The notes: generated from the sequence alone by a model not told the origin. DNA of 64,000 nt from Methanothrix sp. (GCA_037128175.1 JBAXWY010000004.1:76555-140554); one strand, 5' to 3'. Numbered from the stretch's first letter, positions 40,699-50,705 are shown. Translations and numbers: made by a program.

Positions 40699-41415
40699 TT
40701 CTATCGATGCATTACCGGCGATCTCTATCTGGGGAAAGATATAGTTCACCCAACAGAGGGCCACCAGAGATGTCCCATACTTTTTCTGCACCTGAAGATA
40801 GTCGATGGCGTAGGTTGGGTCAGAGAATTGATACTCACTGGCATTGTACCTTCGATTCACCTCTCCCATCAGGGAAGTGTGCAAAGCCTCTTTTGCATCC
40901 ACCCTGGCCTTTTCTTCAGGCACTGTCTGGTTTTCATACTTCTCCTTATACTCAGCAGCAAACCCGCCGACCAGCACTCCTTCCTGGGTGCTCACCCATA
41001 TCCTGCCTACCCCGGTACACAGAGTATCGCCCTTCACGCCATTAAGATCGGACATGATGGTTTCAATGGCAGCACCGTGGTGGAAGTACTCCCTGGCTTC
41101 ACTCAAGGTGATCTCTCTAGATTCGGGAGGAAGCACCGAGGTGTATTTCAGCACATTGAAGTTCTCAATGCTTGCATTCATCAGGGCCAAGTCGTAAGAC
41201 CCCGTTTCCCAGGGATCGTCGCCGGGGCCTAAATCGGTGTCGTTATGGCCCATGGTGACGAAGTACTCATTGGGGATCCTGTTGCCGAGGACGAGGCCGT
41301 ACATCACACCCATATCTTCATTTGCCTGGGCCCCTTTAGCGATGGCCAGGCCAGCCAAGGGTGTTGCGAGTAAGACTAACAAAATTATCGTCGATAGAGA
41401 TGTTGTTATTTTCAT
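40693..41415 (-). CDS. Pyruvoyl-dependent arginine decarboxylase homolog with N-terminal signal peptide
   Basis: GNRIP.EYFVT, SYD.AL..A.IENFN...YT|SVLP self-cleavage site, GGFAAEY. Confidence 0.85.
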   Translation of the reverse strand: MKITTSLSTIILLVLLATPLAGLAIAKGAQANEDMGVMYGLVLGNRIPNEYFVTMGHNDTDLGPGDDPWETGSYDLALMNASIENFNVLKYTSVLPPESREITLSEAREYFHHGAAIETIMSDLNGVKGDTLCTGVGRIWVSTQEGVLVGGFAAEYKEKYENQTVPEEKARVDAKEALHTSLMGEVNRRYNASEYQFSDPTYAIDYLQVQKKYGTSLVALCWVNYIFPQIEIAGNASIEE

Positions 41416-41543
41416 AAAAAGTCCCTCTTTTTTCCTATAAAGTTACGCTCCTATTAAATAGCATTTCGGTAGCGTGCCTTGGTACAATCCACCACTTACC
41501 GGAACTACGTCTTGCGCCTACCGGATTTCCTGGGGAGCGGGAT

Positions 41544-41602
41544 TTCGCGGCTTCGCGCCTTCGCGTCATCCGGTTTCTCGCGCGAAGCCGCGAAGGACGC
41601 GA
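41544..41602. repeat. Palindromic 8-bp-unit repeat (TTCGCGNC x3 / CGCGAAG x2)
   Basis: TTCGCGGCTTCGCGCCTTCGCGTC...CGCGAAGCCGCGAAGGACGCGA. Confidence 0.7.
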
Positions 41603-41827
41603 TGAAGCAACGATGAAGCTCTTTTGGTTCTCTGCTGCAATTTCATCATCATAAGTTCGAAATTGTATCCGCCCTGGAAAGAGCCGATGCAAAAGCGGCC
41701 ATGAGCCCGGACGCCTGTTGGATGAGGATGATTTTCGGGACGAACTCTGAGTACTTAGCTGGCCAAAAAGGAGGAGGGAGTGGCCTGGAAGGCGGCCCTC
41801 GATTGTGCCGGCGAGCCTGCTCCGTCT

Positions 41828-42115
41828 TCAGACGGTAATGGAGCAGAGTCCTGGAGCCGAACCATTGGGGGTGAGCTTGCAGATGCGGCCCTCTAAGCCG
41901 ACCTCTACATAGCCGCCTTTGGGTTTGGCATCGAAGTCATGAGTTACCAGATAGAAGGCCAGATCCTCTGCGTCCATGCGAGGATCATCGAAAGACGATA
42001 TTGTGGACTTCAAGTCCGAGAGAGAGGCATTCGATGCGCCGACGGTTGGCAGCGCCAGCATGATCACAATCGAGATGAGACATATTGCACTTATTTGCTT
42101 CCAGGCCATAGTCAC
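41828..42115 (-). CDS. Small secreted hypothetical protein
   Basis: Signal peptide; DLAFYLVTH.FDA.P motif. Confidence 0.7.
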   Translation of the reverse strand: MTMAWKQISAICLISIVIMLALPTVGASNASLSDLKSTISSFDDPRMDAEDLAFYLVTHDFDAKPKGGYVEVGLEGRICKLTPNGSAPGLCSITV

Positions 42116-42183
42116 TCTTAAAGACTTCGAGAATCATATAGACGATTGAGTACAACTTAGACGCCAACTTTTAACAGATGAGA

Positions 42184-43041
42184 TCAGCGTGACATCTTGA
42201 TCCTCGATCCAAACCTTTCCGCATATACCCGTGTGAACTCAGCACCCATGAGGAAGATCTGAGCGGAGTAATAGACCCAGAGCATGAGTATAACCACTGA
42301 GCCTGCAGCACCATAAGCTGACCCCTCCGCGCTACATTCAATGTAAAGCCCTATCAGAAACTTGCCCGCAATGAAGAGCAGGGTGGTGAATACTGCCCCG
42401 ATCCAGACGTCACTCCAGGCGACACGAGCATCTGGTACCACTTTATAGATAAGGGCAAAGAGGAAAGTGATGACCACAAAGGATGCGAGGAAGTTGACGG
42501 CTCTAAGAAAGGTCTCATTGTCTGGCAGAAGCGTGCCTACTAAAGTCCCAAAGGCCGATAAGGAGGCGTCGACCAACAGGGATACCAGCAACAAAAACCC
42601 TATGCCTACAACCATGCTAAGCGAGAAGAAGTATTCCTTGATGGTGCCAAAGATCCCCTTATCAGGCCTTGACTTCACATCCCATATGTCATTTAGCGAA
42701 TCCTTTAGCTGAATGAACACCTCTGCAGCACCAAAAAGCAGGATGATGAGGCCCATGATCTCAGCCAAAGTACTATGTCCGGGCATGGCGGCATTCTCCA
42801 TAACCATCTTTATCGCACTTGCCCCATCTTCGCCCACCAGGCTTTGCATGGCGTATGCGATCTCCTCCCGAACGGCCGGCTCCCCAAAAGCAAAGCCGGC
42901 AATGTCTATTACTATGATCAGGATGGGTGCAAGAGATAGGATGGTGTAGAAAGCCAGTGCAGCTGCAAGCCGGGATGCCTTATCATCGCTCCAGTCATGG
43001 TAGACCTCGATCAGCATCTTCCACAAGGCATTGGGGCTCAT
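42184..43041 (-). CDS. YihY/BrkB family membrane protein (second paralog)
   Basis: AAALAFY.ILS..P, LN.IW, YGAAGS...MLW.YYSAQI...GAE. Confidence 0.93.
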   Translation of the reverse strand: MSPNALWKMLIEVYHDWSDDKASRLAAALAFYTILSLAPILIIVIDIAGFAFGEPAVREEIAYAMQSLVGEDGASAIKMVMENAAMPGHSTLAEIMGLIILLFGAAEVFIQLKDSLNDIWDVKSRPDKGIFGTIKEYFFSLSMVVGIGFLLLVSLLVDASLSAFGTLVGTLLPDNETFLRAVNFLASFVVITFLFALIYKVVPDARVAWSDVWIGAVFTTLLFIAGKFLIGLYIECSAEGSAYGAAGSVVILMLWVYYSAQIFLMGAEFTRVYAERFGSRIKMSR

Positions 43042-43092
43042 CTACTGTAAACAGCCGTGAGTTCATAAATACTTTCGCGAAGTGGTTCTTCT

Positions 43093-43563
43093 TCACAAGA
43101 TTCTTTCCTTCACCCTTACCACCTCAATTCCCGCCTGCCGCAAGAAATCCAGCGCCGTCCCATCAGGGTAGCTCAGCTGGTAGACCACTTTTGTCACTCG
43201 GGCATTGATCATCATCTTGGCGCAGAGGATGCAGGGCTGGTGCGTGCAGTAAAGCGTTGCCCCCTCGATGCTGATGCCGTGCAGTGCCGCCTGGATGATG
43301 GCATTCTGCTCAGCGTGCACCGCCCGGCATAGCTCGTGGTGCGTGCCCGAGGCCACGCCTTCCCGCGCGCAGCCCACAATGTCGCAGTGCTCCAGGCCGG
43401 AGGGTGCGCCATTGTAGCCCGTAGTAAGAATGCGCTTGTTCCTCACAAAGAGCGCACCTACCTGATTGCGCAGGCAGGTAGAGCGTTTGGCCACCACAGA
43501 GGCTATCTCCATGAAGTAATCGTCGGACGAGGGACGCTCGATGGATTTCATTATAAATTCCAA
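43093..43563 (-). CDS. dCMP deaminase family protein
   Basis: RP..D.YFM, RSTC, TGYNG, HAEQNA, PC..C. Confidence 0.93.
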   Translation of the reverse strand: MEFIMKSIERPSSDDYFMEIASVVAKRSTCLRNQVGALFVRNKRILTTGYNGAPSGLEHCDIVGCAREGVASGTHHELCRAVHAEQNAIIQAALHGISIEGATLYCTHQPCILCAKMMINARVTKVVYQLSYPDGTALDFLRQAGIEVVRVKERIL

Positions 43564-43635
43564 AGGCCTTTAGCTTAAAAACCTCTCGCAGGTCAGGGCA
43601 AGATTAATATTAGTTTCCCTACGCGATTAAAGGCC

Positions 43636-45132
43636 ATGTCTATTCATTGGGCTGACGTCATCGCCGAGAAGCTCGAAAAGAGCGGCCCGCACACCATTGC
43701 CACGGGCATAACCCCATCCGGGCCGGTTCATATCGGAAACATGCGCGAGGTCATGACGGCAGAGGCCGTCTACCGCGCTCTTCTGGACAGGGGTGTAGAG
43801 GCAAAGCTCATCTACATCGCCGACACCTACGACCGCCTGCGAAGGCTCTACCCCTTCCTGCCGGAGAGCTTCACCGAGCACATCGGAAAACCGCTCTCGG
43901 AAATACCCTGCCCCCTGGGATGCTGCGCCAGCTACGCCGACCATTTTCTTAATCCCTTCTTGAAAAGCATGGAGAGGCTGGGCATCAAGCCAGAGGTCTA
44001 CCGCGCCGATGTGCTCTACAAAGAGGGCAAGTACAATGAAGCCATCAAGACTGCCTTGCAGCGCAAGGACGACATCGCCCGCATCCTAAAAGAGGTCTCG
44101 GGCCGCGATGTTCCGGCAGGCTGGAGCCCCTTTGATGCCATATGCAGTAGCTGCGGCCGCACCAACACCACGCATGTCACGGGCTTTGATCTGGTGGGCG
44201 AGACGGTGGACTACGAGTGCTCTTGCGGCTCACGGGGCACCGTATCCATGAGCGGCGGAGGAAAGCTGGTCTGGCGGGTGGACTGGCCGGCCCGCTGGCC
44301 CATTTTTAATGTTACTGTGGAGCCCTTCGGCAAGGACCATGCCACATCCGGCGGCTCCTACGACACAGGCAAGCGCATCAGTGAAGAGATCTACGGCTAC
44401 CCTGCCCCCTTCCCCATGGTCTACGAGTGGATTCATCTCAAGGGCGTGGGCGCCATGCACAGTTCCACGGGAATTGTGGTCACCATCCAGGAGATGCTGG
44501 ACGTGGTGCCCCCCGAGGTCCTGCGCTACCTGATCATCAGGAACAAGCCTGAGAAGCACATCGAGTTTGACCCGGGACTGCCGCTGCTCTCCCTGGTGGA
44601 CGAGTACGACCAGCGAAAGGGCGATGAGAGGGCCATTGAGCTATCCAATATCAGTAAGAGCGGGCCCTTCGAGATTCCCTTCCGCCACATGGTCACGGCG
44701 GTGCAGATCGCTCGCGGCGACGAGGACGGCCTCTTCGTGGCCCTGAAAAGATCCGGCTACGATGTCATCACGAGGCGCGAAGAGATCTTAGGCCGGGCAA
44801 GAAATGTGCAGACGTGGCTGGACAAATATGCGCCGGCTTACGTCAAGTTCCAGGTGCAAGAGGCACTTCCGGCCGCAGTCAATAACCTCACTCCCGAAGA
44901 AAGGAAGAGCCTGGGCATCTTGGCCGAGCAGGTAGAGGAGAAAACGGCAGCCGACATTCATGAACTAGTCTATGCCGTGGCCAAGGAGCAGGGCCTCGAC
45001 TCCAAGAAGTTCTTCCAGGCCATCTATCTGACCTTCCTGGGCGACCGGCAGGGCCCCAAGGTGGGCTGGTTCCTGGCCAGCCTGGAGAGAGGATTTGTTA
45101 AAGCCAGACTGAAGGAAGCAGCGGCCACGTAG
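43636..45132 (+). CDS. lysS: Lysine-tRNA ligase, class I
   Basis: HWAD, GITPSG.VHIGN.RE, KL.WRVDWPARW, EPFGKDH, MHSS.G. Confidence 0.97.
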   Translation: MSIHWADVIAEKLEKSGPHTIATGITPSGPVHIGNMREVMTAEAVYRALLDRGVEAKLIYIADTYDRLRRLYPFLPESFTEHIGKPLSEIPCPLGCCASYADHFLNPFLKSMERLGIKPEVYRADVLYKEGKYNEAIKTALQRKDDIARILKEVSGRDVPAGWSPFDAICSSCGRTNTTHVTGFDLVGETVDYECSCGSRGTVSMSGGGKLVWRVDWPARWPIFNVTVEPFGKDHATSGGSYDTGKRISEEIYGYPAPFPMVYEWIHLKGVGAMHSSTGIVVTIQEMLDVVPPEVLRYLIIRNKPEKHIEFDPGLPLLSLVDEYDQRKGDERAIELSNISKSGPFEIPFRHMVTAVQIARGDEDGLFVALKRSGYDVITRREEILGRARNVQTWLDKYAPAYVKFQVQEALPAAVNNLTPEERKSLGILAEQVEEKTAADIHELVYAVAKEQGLDSKKFFQAIYLTFLGDRQGPKVGWFLASLERGFVKARLKEAAAT

Positions 45133-45137
45133 ATGTC

Positions 45138-45554
45138 ATGGTGCACAAGATCTACCTGTCCGGCCCGCTCTTCTCGCGGGGCGAGATCGCCTGGGGGAAA
45201 TGTGTCAAGAGATTCCTAGAGGACAGGCTAGATGGCGTCCCAATAATCTGGCCCCATGAGATCGTCCCTTGCTCTGCGAAGCCGGCAGAGATCTTCCAGG
45301 CCAATTTGCAGGCCTTAAACGAATGCGATATCATGGTGGCCATGCTGGACGGCTCTTCGGTTGACGACGGCACCGCCTGGGAGATTGGCTACTTCTTCAT
45401 GCAGGGCAAAAAAATCCTGGGGATAAGAACGGACTTTCGCCGCGCCGGAGAAACGGATAGTTCTCGCGTCAACCTCATGATAGAGTGCTCCTGCCAGTGC
45501 ATAGCCTCGGGCCTGGAAGAGCTGGCAATGGATCTGAAGAGGCTCTTAGATTGA
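45138..45554 (+). CDS. Nucleoside 2-deoxyribosyltransferase family
   Basis: IYLSGPLF, LDG..VDDGTAWEIGY, RTDFR, NLMI. Confidence 0.9.
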   Translation: MVHKIYLSGPLFSRGEIAWGKCVKRFLEDRLDGVPIIWPHEIVPCSAKPAEIFQANLQALNECDIMVAMLDGSSVDDGTAWEIGYFFMQGKKILGIRTDFRRAGETDSSRVNLMIECSCQCIASGLEELAMDLKRLLD

Positions 45555-46309
45555 TCTCGCCCGTCTTTGACGCGCCCCTTCTCCTGGTGGAGGGAGAGGA
45601 GCGCGTCCTGGTGGCCGCCGATCTTCACCTGGGCCTGGAGTATGAACTGTGGCGGGGTGGCGTCTCTATTCCCAGCCAGACCGAAAAGATTCTGGCGGCG
45701 CTGTCGGGCTTTTTAGCCGTGATAAAACCGGATCGTCTTCTGCTTTTAGGGGATATCAAGCACAACGTTCCAAAGACGAGCTGGCAGGAGAAGAGGGAGA
45801 TTCCCGAATTCTTGCGCCGGCTCTCTGCCCAGGTTTTGGTGGAGATCGTGCCGGGAAATCATGACAGCAACCTTGCCGACATGGCCCCCCTGGGTGTGCG
45901 GGTGCGTGCGTCCTCCGGTTTTGTGCTGGACAATGTGGGCTATTTCCACGGGCACACCTGGCCGGATGAAAAGGTTATGCGCGCTGTTGCCCAGGTGGCG
46001 GGGCACCTGCATCCGGCAGTAAGGCTCCCTGACCCTTTAGGCCGCTCTCCTTCCCGCCCCGTTTGGGCAAAAACGCGGCTTGTGAGTCGCGCGGTGCAAG
46101 AGCATTACGGTTTTGCCAGTGATAGTGAGATCATCATCGCCCCCGCGTTCAACATTCTTTGCGGTGGACTGCCACTCAATGAGCCGGTCGAGGAAATGCG
46201 CGGCCCACTGCTTACTATAGCCGACTGGGAGGGAGCGCGCCTCTATCTGCTGGACGGAACCAACCTTGGCACCCTGGCGGAGATAAAAGCGGTGCAAAGA
46301 AAGCCATAA
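45551..46309 (+). CDS. Calcineurin-like metallophosphoesterase
   Basis: ADLHLG, GD.KH, GNHD, HGH, GHLHP; TTG start overlapping the upstream stop. Confidence 0.9.
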   Translation: MISPVFDAPLLLVEGEERVLVAADLHLGLEYELWRGGVSIPSQTEKILAALSGFLAVIKPDRLLLLGDIKHNVPKTSWQEKREIPEFLRRLSAQVLVEIVPGNHDSNLADMAPLGVRVRASSGFVLDNVGYFHGHTWPDEKVMRAVAQVAGHLHPAVRLPDPLGRSPSRPVWAKTRLVSRAVQEHYGFASDSEIIIAPAFNILCGGLPLNEPVEEMRGPLLTIADWEGARLYLLDGTNLGTLAEIKAVQRKP

Positions 46310-46352
46310 GAATTATTACCAATGCAATTCTTACAAGAGAGGGGATTAAGAA

Positions 46353-46904
46353 GTGAAAGATAAAGAGAGGCTTTTAGAATTGCTCAAGGACAAATCCCTT
46401 GAGGTGAGGCCGGTCACCCTGTCCTCAGGTAAAATCAGCGATTATTACATGGACTGCAAGCGCGTTACCTTGAGTGCGGAAGGGGCTTACCTCACCGGCA
46501 AGCTTATGCTGGAGATGATCCGTCCGGAGGTATCCGCCGTGGCCGGTCTCACCCTGGGCGCGGACCCCATTGTATCATCCATCTCGGTCCTAAGCCATAT
46601 GCAAAAGAGAGACCTGGCTGGCCTGATTGTACGAAAAGAGCCCAAGAAGCACGGCACCATGAGCTATGTGGAGGGACCTGCTCTGCAAAAAGGAGCTATG
46701 GTCGCAGTGGTGGAAGACGTGGTCACCTCAGGAGCATCCCTTCTTAGAGCCATCGATCGCATTGAGGCCGCAGGCTATCGGCCTGTGCAAGCACTGACCA
46801 TACTGGACCGCCAGGAAGGCGGAAGAGAAGCCATCGAAGAACGTGGATTCATGCTGAAAGCACTCTTTACACGCGACGATTTGGATATAGATAAACGAAT
46901 ATAG
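46353..46904 (+). CDS. pyrE: Orotate phosphoribosyltransferase
   Basis: LSSG..S.YY.D, RKE.K.HGT, VEDVVTSG.S. Confidence 0.95.
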   Translation: MKDKERLLELLKDKSLEVRPVTLSSGKISDYYMDCKRVTLSAEGAYLTGKLMLEMIRPEVSAVAGLTLGADPIVSSISVLSHMQKRDLAGLIVRKEPKKHGTMSYVEGPALQKGAMVAVVEDVVTSGASLLRAIDRIEAAGYRPVQALTILDRQEGGREAIEERGFMLKALFTRDDLDIDKRI

Positions 46905-46943
46905 ATAAAAAAAAAAAGAATTATACCAATCAGGATTCATTTC

Positions 46944-47552
46944 CTATACCGGGGGGCGTTCTCCCTGGTCAGGGGCATCTTCAGGAAATGTGCTGTCTCC
47001 CGTCCCGTTATTATCGGGCGGCGAATCCGGTGGCGATACTCCGTCGGGCAGATCGCCGCCTGGTGGAATTTCTGGTGGCATTGCCAAGGGGTCCGTACCC
47101 ATCGGATTTGAGCCGTCCTGCCCTGCACCGGGCGTTTGCTCTCCCGGCATTGGCCGGGGCTCGGGCACAACTAAATCTGTAGCCGTAAACGGCGCTTCCA
47201 ATCGAAGATTGCGCATTGTCCCATCTTCCGCGTAGGAGATATCAGATACGATCCAGTAAGTCCCGCTCTGCTCTGCGGTGAGTGGGTAGCTGATCTGCTG
47301 CATGACCCCAGGGTACAGCTGTGTGCTCTGGCCGCCCGCGTTCGCGACAACTCCAGAAGGAAGGATAGGAGTGACCACAGCCTGTGTAGGAGTCTGTCCG
47401 TTGTAGGTCAGCGATACGGTTACAGTTACCATCTGTCCCACTTCTGCCGACGGTATCGGATTCGGATAGGCCGTCAGATCTGCCGCCGCCTGCCCGAATA
47501 GTAGCCCCACCCCAACGAGCAGAAGAATGTGCCCCAATCCCAAATGCTTCAT
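46944..47552 (-). CDS. Secreted Ig-like protein with Pro/Asp-rich tail
   Basis: Signal peptide from MKHLG, beta-rich domain, low-complexity C-terminus. Confidence 0.7.
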   Translation of the reverse strand: MKHLGLGHILLLVGVGLLFGQAAADLTAYPNPIPSAEVGQMVTVTVSLTYNGQTPTQAVVTPILPSGVVANAGGQSTQLYPGVMQQISYPLTAEQSGTYWIVSDISYAEDGTMRNLRLEAPFTATDLVVPEPRPMPGEQTPGAGQDGSNPMGTDPLAMPPEIPPGGDLPDGVSPPDSPPDNNGTGDSTFPEDAPDQGERPPV

Positions 47553-47712
47553 CGGATCTCTATTGTTCTGCCTGCGAGATTTAAAGATACCTGTCATACG
47601 AGATTGATATGAGATATATTCGATGACTTGATACTCATTTCGCTCATTTTGCCGGTACCTCGCCCCTTTCTATACATAAAATACTTATTTGGTTTGGTGA
47701 TATTCTCCTCTG

Positions 47713-48909
47713 ATGGACGTCTCTTTCTCTGCCTGGCGGCATTCGCGAGAAGAGAGCTTGCAGCTCAAAGGAGATAGCTTCTCCTTTCTCTTCGATAGGC
47801 GCTACACCAATCGGCTCAACAGAATGAGCCGTGTTTTCTTCGAAGCCTATGTCGTGGCCACTAAAGAACTGGCCGCGCAGGAAGACCGCTTCCCCAGCCT
47901 TAGCGAGATAGACGCCAAGATGGAAAGCGGGGCAGTTTACGCTTTCAAGGATCGTTTGATGAAGAATACCGAGTTCTTCGAAGAAGTCAAGATCTCCGGC
48001 GTCTCCTACCTGGTTCCGCGCGCACTCAAGTTCATGGATGTTAGCGGCACATATACAGATTTAATCTTGAACTTCGAGGAAGGCATCGTGGTGCTGCCCA
48101 CGCGAAGGAAGACCCCCTCGCTCCCGGATAGCCCAATGCCGATAGAAGAGGATGAGCAGGAGCCAAAAACGGCTCACGTGGATGAGACCGCAAATAATGC
48201 GCCTGCCATTGCCGAAGATAAGGACTCAGAAGCAAAACAGCTGTCATATCCCCTGCACACGCCAGAGGCCTTTGAGGAGATCTCCTCGGCAACGGATACA
48301 GTAGAAGCGCCTCCTCCCAGCGAGCCTGCCGAAAAGATAGTAGTAAATGCAAAAGTGCCGGAGAAGCCCCTATTTACCAAGAAGAAGATGGCAATGCCGC
48401 CGAAAACAGTAACCTTGCTTGGCGCGGCCATCTTGCTGGCTCTTTTTGCCGTTGTATCCTTCTATGGCCCAACGCTAGTACAGGCACCGGTACAGCCAAC
48501 GTTCCTGGTTTTGTATTCCACATACCTATCCAATTCCAGCAACGAAAGCTATCTGGGCCTGAACATCACCAACCCAGAGGGAATGGCCAATGATATGGAA
48601 ATGGCTCTGCCCCAGAATATCGACCAGAGCATCAGTGCCAGAGGCGGAATTGTTACCATCTCCCATGGAGAGAATACACTGGTGCGAATGAACTCCACGG
48701 GAGACGCCAGCGTGAAGATATATCTGCAGGGCAACTGGACAACAATTCCTGTCGGCCTCAGCTTTTATGCGCCGAAAGGCTTCGACACCAACCTGCTGGT
48801 TCACGGACTGGCATCGACTGTCACACGCAAGAATGAGACATCGGTCTTGACGTTCAACCTGACTGGAGTTGGGGTAAGCTTTGAGCAGAGCTACACCCGA
48901 AAAAATTAG
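47713..48909 (+). CDS. Bitopic membrane hypothetical protein
   Basis: Globular N-terminus, P/E-rich linker, one TM (LLGAAILLALFAVVSFY), sequon-rich C-terminal domain. Confidence 0.75.
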   Translation: MDVSFSAWRHSREESLQLKGDSFSFLFDRRYTNRLNRMSRVFFEAYVVATKELAAQEDRFPSLSEIDAKMESGAVYAFKDRLMKNTEFFEEVKISGVSYLVPRALKFMDVSGTYTDLILNFEEGIVVLPTRRKTPSLPDSPMPIEEDEQEPKTAHVDETANNAPAIAEDKDSEAKQLSYPLHTPEAFEEISSATDTVEAPPPSEPAEKIVVNAKVPEKPLFTKKKMAMPPKTVTLLGAAILLALFAVVSFYGPTLVQAPVQPTFLVLYSTYLSNSSNESYLGLNITNPEGMANDMEMALPQNIDQSISARGGIVTISHGENTLVRMNSTGDASVKIYLQGNWTTIPVGLSFYAPKGFDTNLLVHGLASTVTRKNETSVLTFNLTGVGVSFEQSYTRKN

Positions 48910-49915
48910 ATTGGCGGTAATAGCCAAGAAAAAGGACGCTGATGCGGCTCTAAAAAGGGCAGTATCTCTAGGAGTTTTTGATAAGAGCCGCAAGGTAATA
49001 AAGAGACAAAGCCATGTAGAGATCCCGGTCATCAGATCCGTCTCCGGCTGCGAGCTCGTTTTGCAAGAGGACCCTCTCTTCTACAAGAAAAAGCTGGATC
49101 TCTTCCATGCCTTGCAAGGAAAGATTCCCGAAGAATGCATCCATCTTATTCCGCGCGGCTGGTTCTTACTCGGTGAGGTAATAGTAGTCAAAATTCATCC
49201 CGACCTGACGGCGTATGAGCACCATATCGGCCAGGCACTTTTAGACTTTTATCCTCGCTGCTGCACGGTCTTAGCTGACGAGGGCATCTTTGGCCCCTTT
49301 CGCGAGCCCGTACGAAGAGTTATAGTCGGCAACAAGACCCAGACGGTGCACAAAGAAAATAAAGTGATCTTCAATCTGGATGCAAGCCTGGTGATGTTCT
49401 CGCCTGGGAACCTTATGGAGCGCATAAGAATGAGCCGCTTTGGCAAGGGCGAGTATATAGTGGACATGTTTGCTGGAATTGGCTACTTCACTCTTCCCAT
49501 GGCCGTTCATTCCCGGCCTAGGAAGATCGTGGCCATTGAGCTGAATCCCAACGCCTACCATTATCTCTGCCAGAATATCCGGCAAAACCATGTAGAAGAG
49601 ATCGTAGAGCCGGTATTAGGTGACTGCGCGAAGGTGACTCCACAGGGCGTTGCCGACAGGGTGGTGATGGGCATGGTTCAGGTAACCGACCAATACCTGC
49701 AAAAGGGCATTTCCGCTCTGAGGCCGGGAGGCATACTGCATTATCATCAGACCATTGCTGCCAGCATGTATCCGGCCGCAGCCATTAGAGATGTGATAGA
49801 AGCGGCAACATCTTTGGGCTGCCGGGCCGAGATCCAGAACTGTGTGCTGGTCAAAAAGTACTCACCCGGAGTAGTTCATGCCGTGATCGATGCCCGAATC
49901 GATAGAGATTTTTAG
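48881..49915 (+). CDS. Trm5/Taw2-family tRNA-modifying SAM transferase
   Basis: VMFSPGN..ER.RM, DMFAGIGYF, ELNP, ADRVVMG. Confidence 0.88.
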   Translation: MSRATPEKIRLAVIAKKKDADAALKRAVSLGVFDKSRKVIKRQSHVEIPVIRSVSGCELVLQEDPLFYKKKLDLFHALQGKIPEECIHLIPRGWFLLGEVIVVKIHPDLTAYEHHIGQALLDFYPRCCTVLADEGIFGPFREPVRRVIVGNKTQTVHKENKVIFNLDASLVMFSPGNLMERIRMSRFGKGEYIVDMFAGIGYFTLPMAVHSRPRKIVAIELNPNAYHYLCQNIRQNHVEEIVEPVLGDCAKVTPQGVADRVVMGMVQVTDQYLQKGISALRPGGILHYHQTIAASMYPAAAIRDVIEAATSLGCRAEIQNCVLVKKYSPGVVHAVIDARIDRDF

Positions 49916-49936
49916 CAGGAGATCTTATTTGCAGCT

Positions 49937-50599
49937 ATGATTGTCACATGGCTGGGACACTCCTGCTTTTTTTTAAAGAGCGAAGAAGGTCTTTCTCTGC
50001 TTTTGGATCCGTTTCATGAGAGCGATGTGGGCTATGCCATGCCGATAACTGAGGCGGACATCGTAATTATAAGCCACGACCATATGGATCACAATAATGT
50101 CGATGCCGCAGGAAGCGACCCGGATGTGATCTTCGGGCCCGGCGAATACATCAGCAGGGAAATGGATATCATAGGCATAAAGTCATATCATGACGCGAAG
50201 AGAGGAAAGCTGCGAGGTGAGAACACGATCTTCTGCTTCGCGCTGGACGGCATAAGAGTCTGTCACCTGGGAGATTTGGGGCATACTTTGAGCCGGGCCC
50301 AGGTAGAGGCCATAGGCCCGGTAGATCTGCTTTTTCTGCCTGTGGGCGGGATATACACCATCGATGCCGTGGGCGCGAACAAGGTGATGATCCAACTGCA
50401 TCCGGCGGTGACGATACCCATGCACTATCGGACAGGGGCCTTGGGCTTTGAGCTTGATCCTGTGGACGATTTTCTCAAAGGCAAGGGGCCAGTAAAGCCG
50501 CAAGAAAACCTGCAACTGGCCAAAGAGGATATTTCGGGCGAGGGCAAAGTGGTGCTTCTCACCTGCCCCGAAGCCGAAAGGGAGCCCGCCAATCGATAG
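49937..50599 (+). CDS. MBL-fold metallo-hydrolase
   Basis: WLGHSCF, SHDHMDH, HLGDLG, IPMHY. Confidence 0.92.
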   Translation: MIVTWLGHSCFFLKSEEGLSLLLDPFHESDVGYAMPITEADIVIISHDHMDHNNVDAAGSDPDVIFGPGEYISREMDIIGIKSYHDAKRGKLRGENTIFCFALDGIRVCHLGDLGHTLSRAQVEAIGPVDLLFLPVGGIYTIDAVGANKVMIQLHPAVTIPMHYRTGALGFELDPVDDFLKGKGPVKPQENLQLAKEDISGEGKVVLLTCPEAEREPANR

Positions 50600-50632
50600 A
50601 TTAATAACTACCTGCTGCAAGGGTAGAGGCGA

Positions 50633-50705
50633 AGCCCGGTAGTGTAGCGGTCAATCACAGGAGGCTCTGGACCTCCCCACCCAGGTTCGAATCCCGGCCG
50701 GGCTA
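50633..50705 (+). tRNA. tRNA-Gln (anticodon CTG)
   Basis: AGCCCGG/CCGGGCT acceptor stem, GGAGG-CTCTGGA-CCTCC anticodon arm, GGTTCGAATCC T-loop; CCA not encoded. Confidence 0.92.

Noticed and set aside
34080-43041. Two yihY paralogs as boundaries of a mobile block
   Set aside because: Paralogs are highly diverged and enclose core genes (suf, lysA); no direct repeats or recombinase seen
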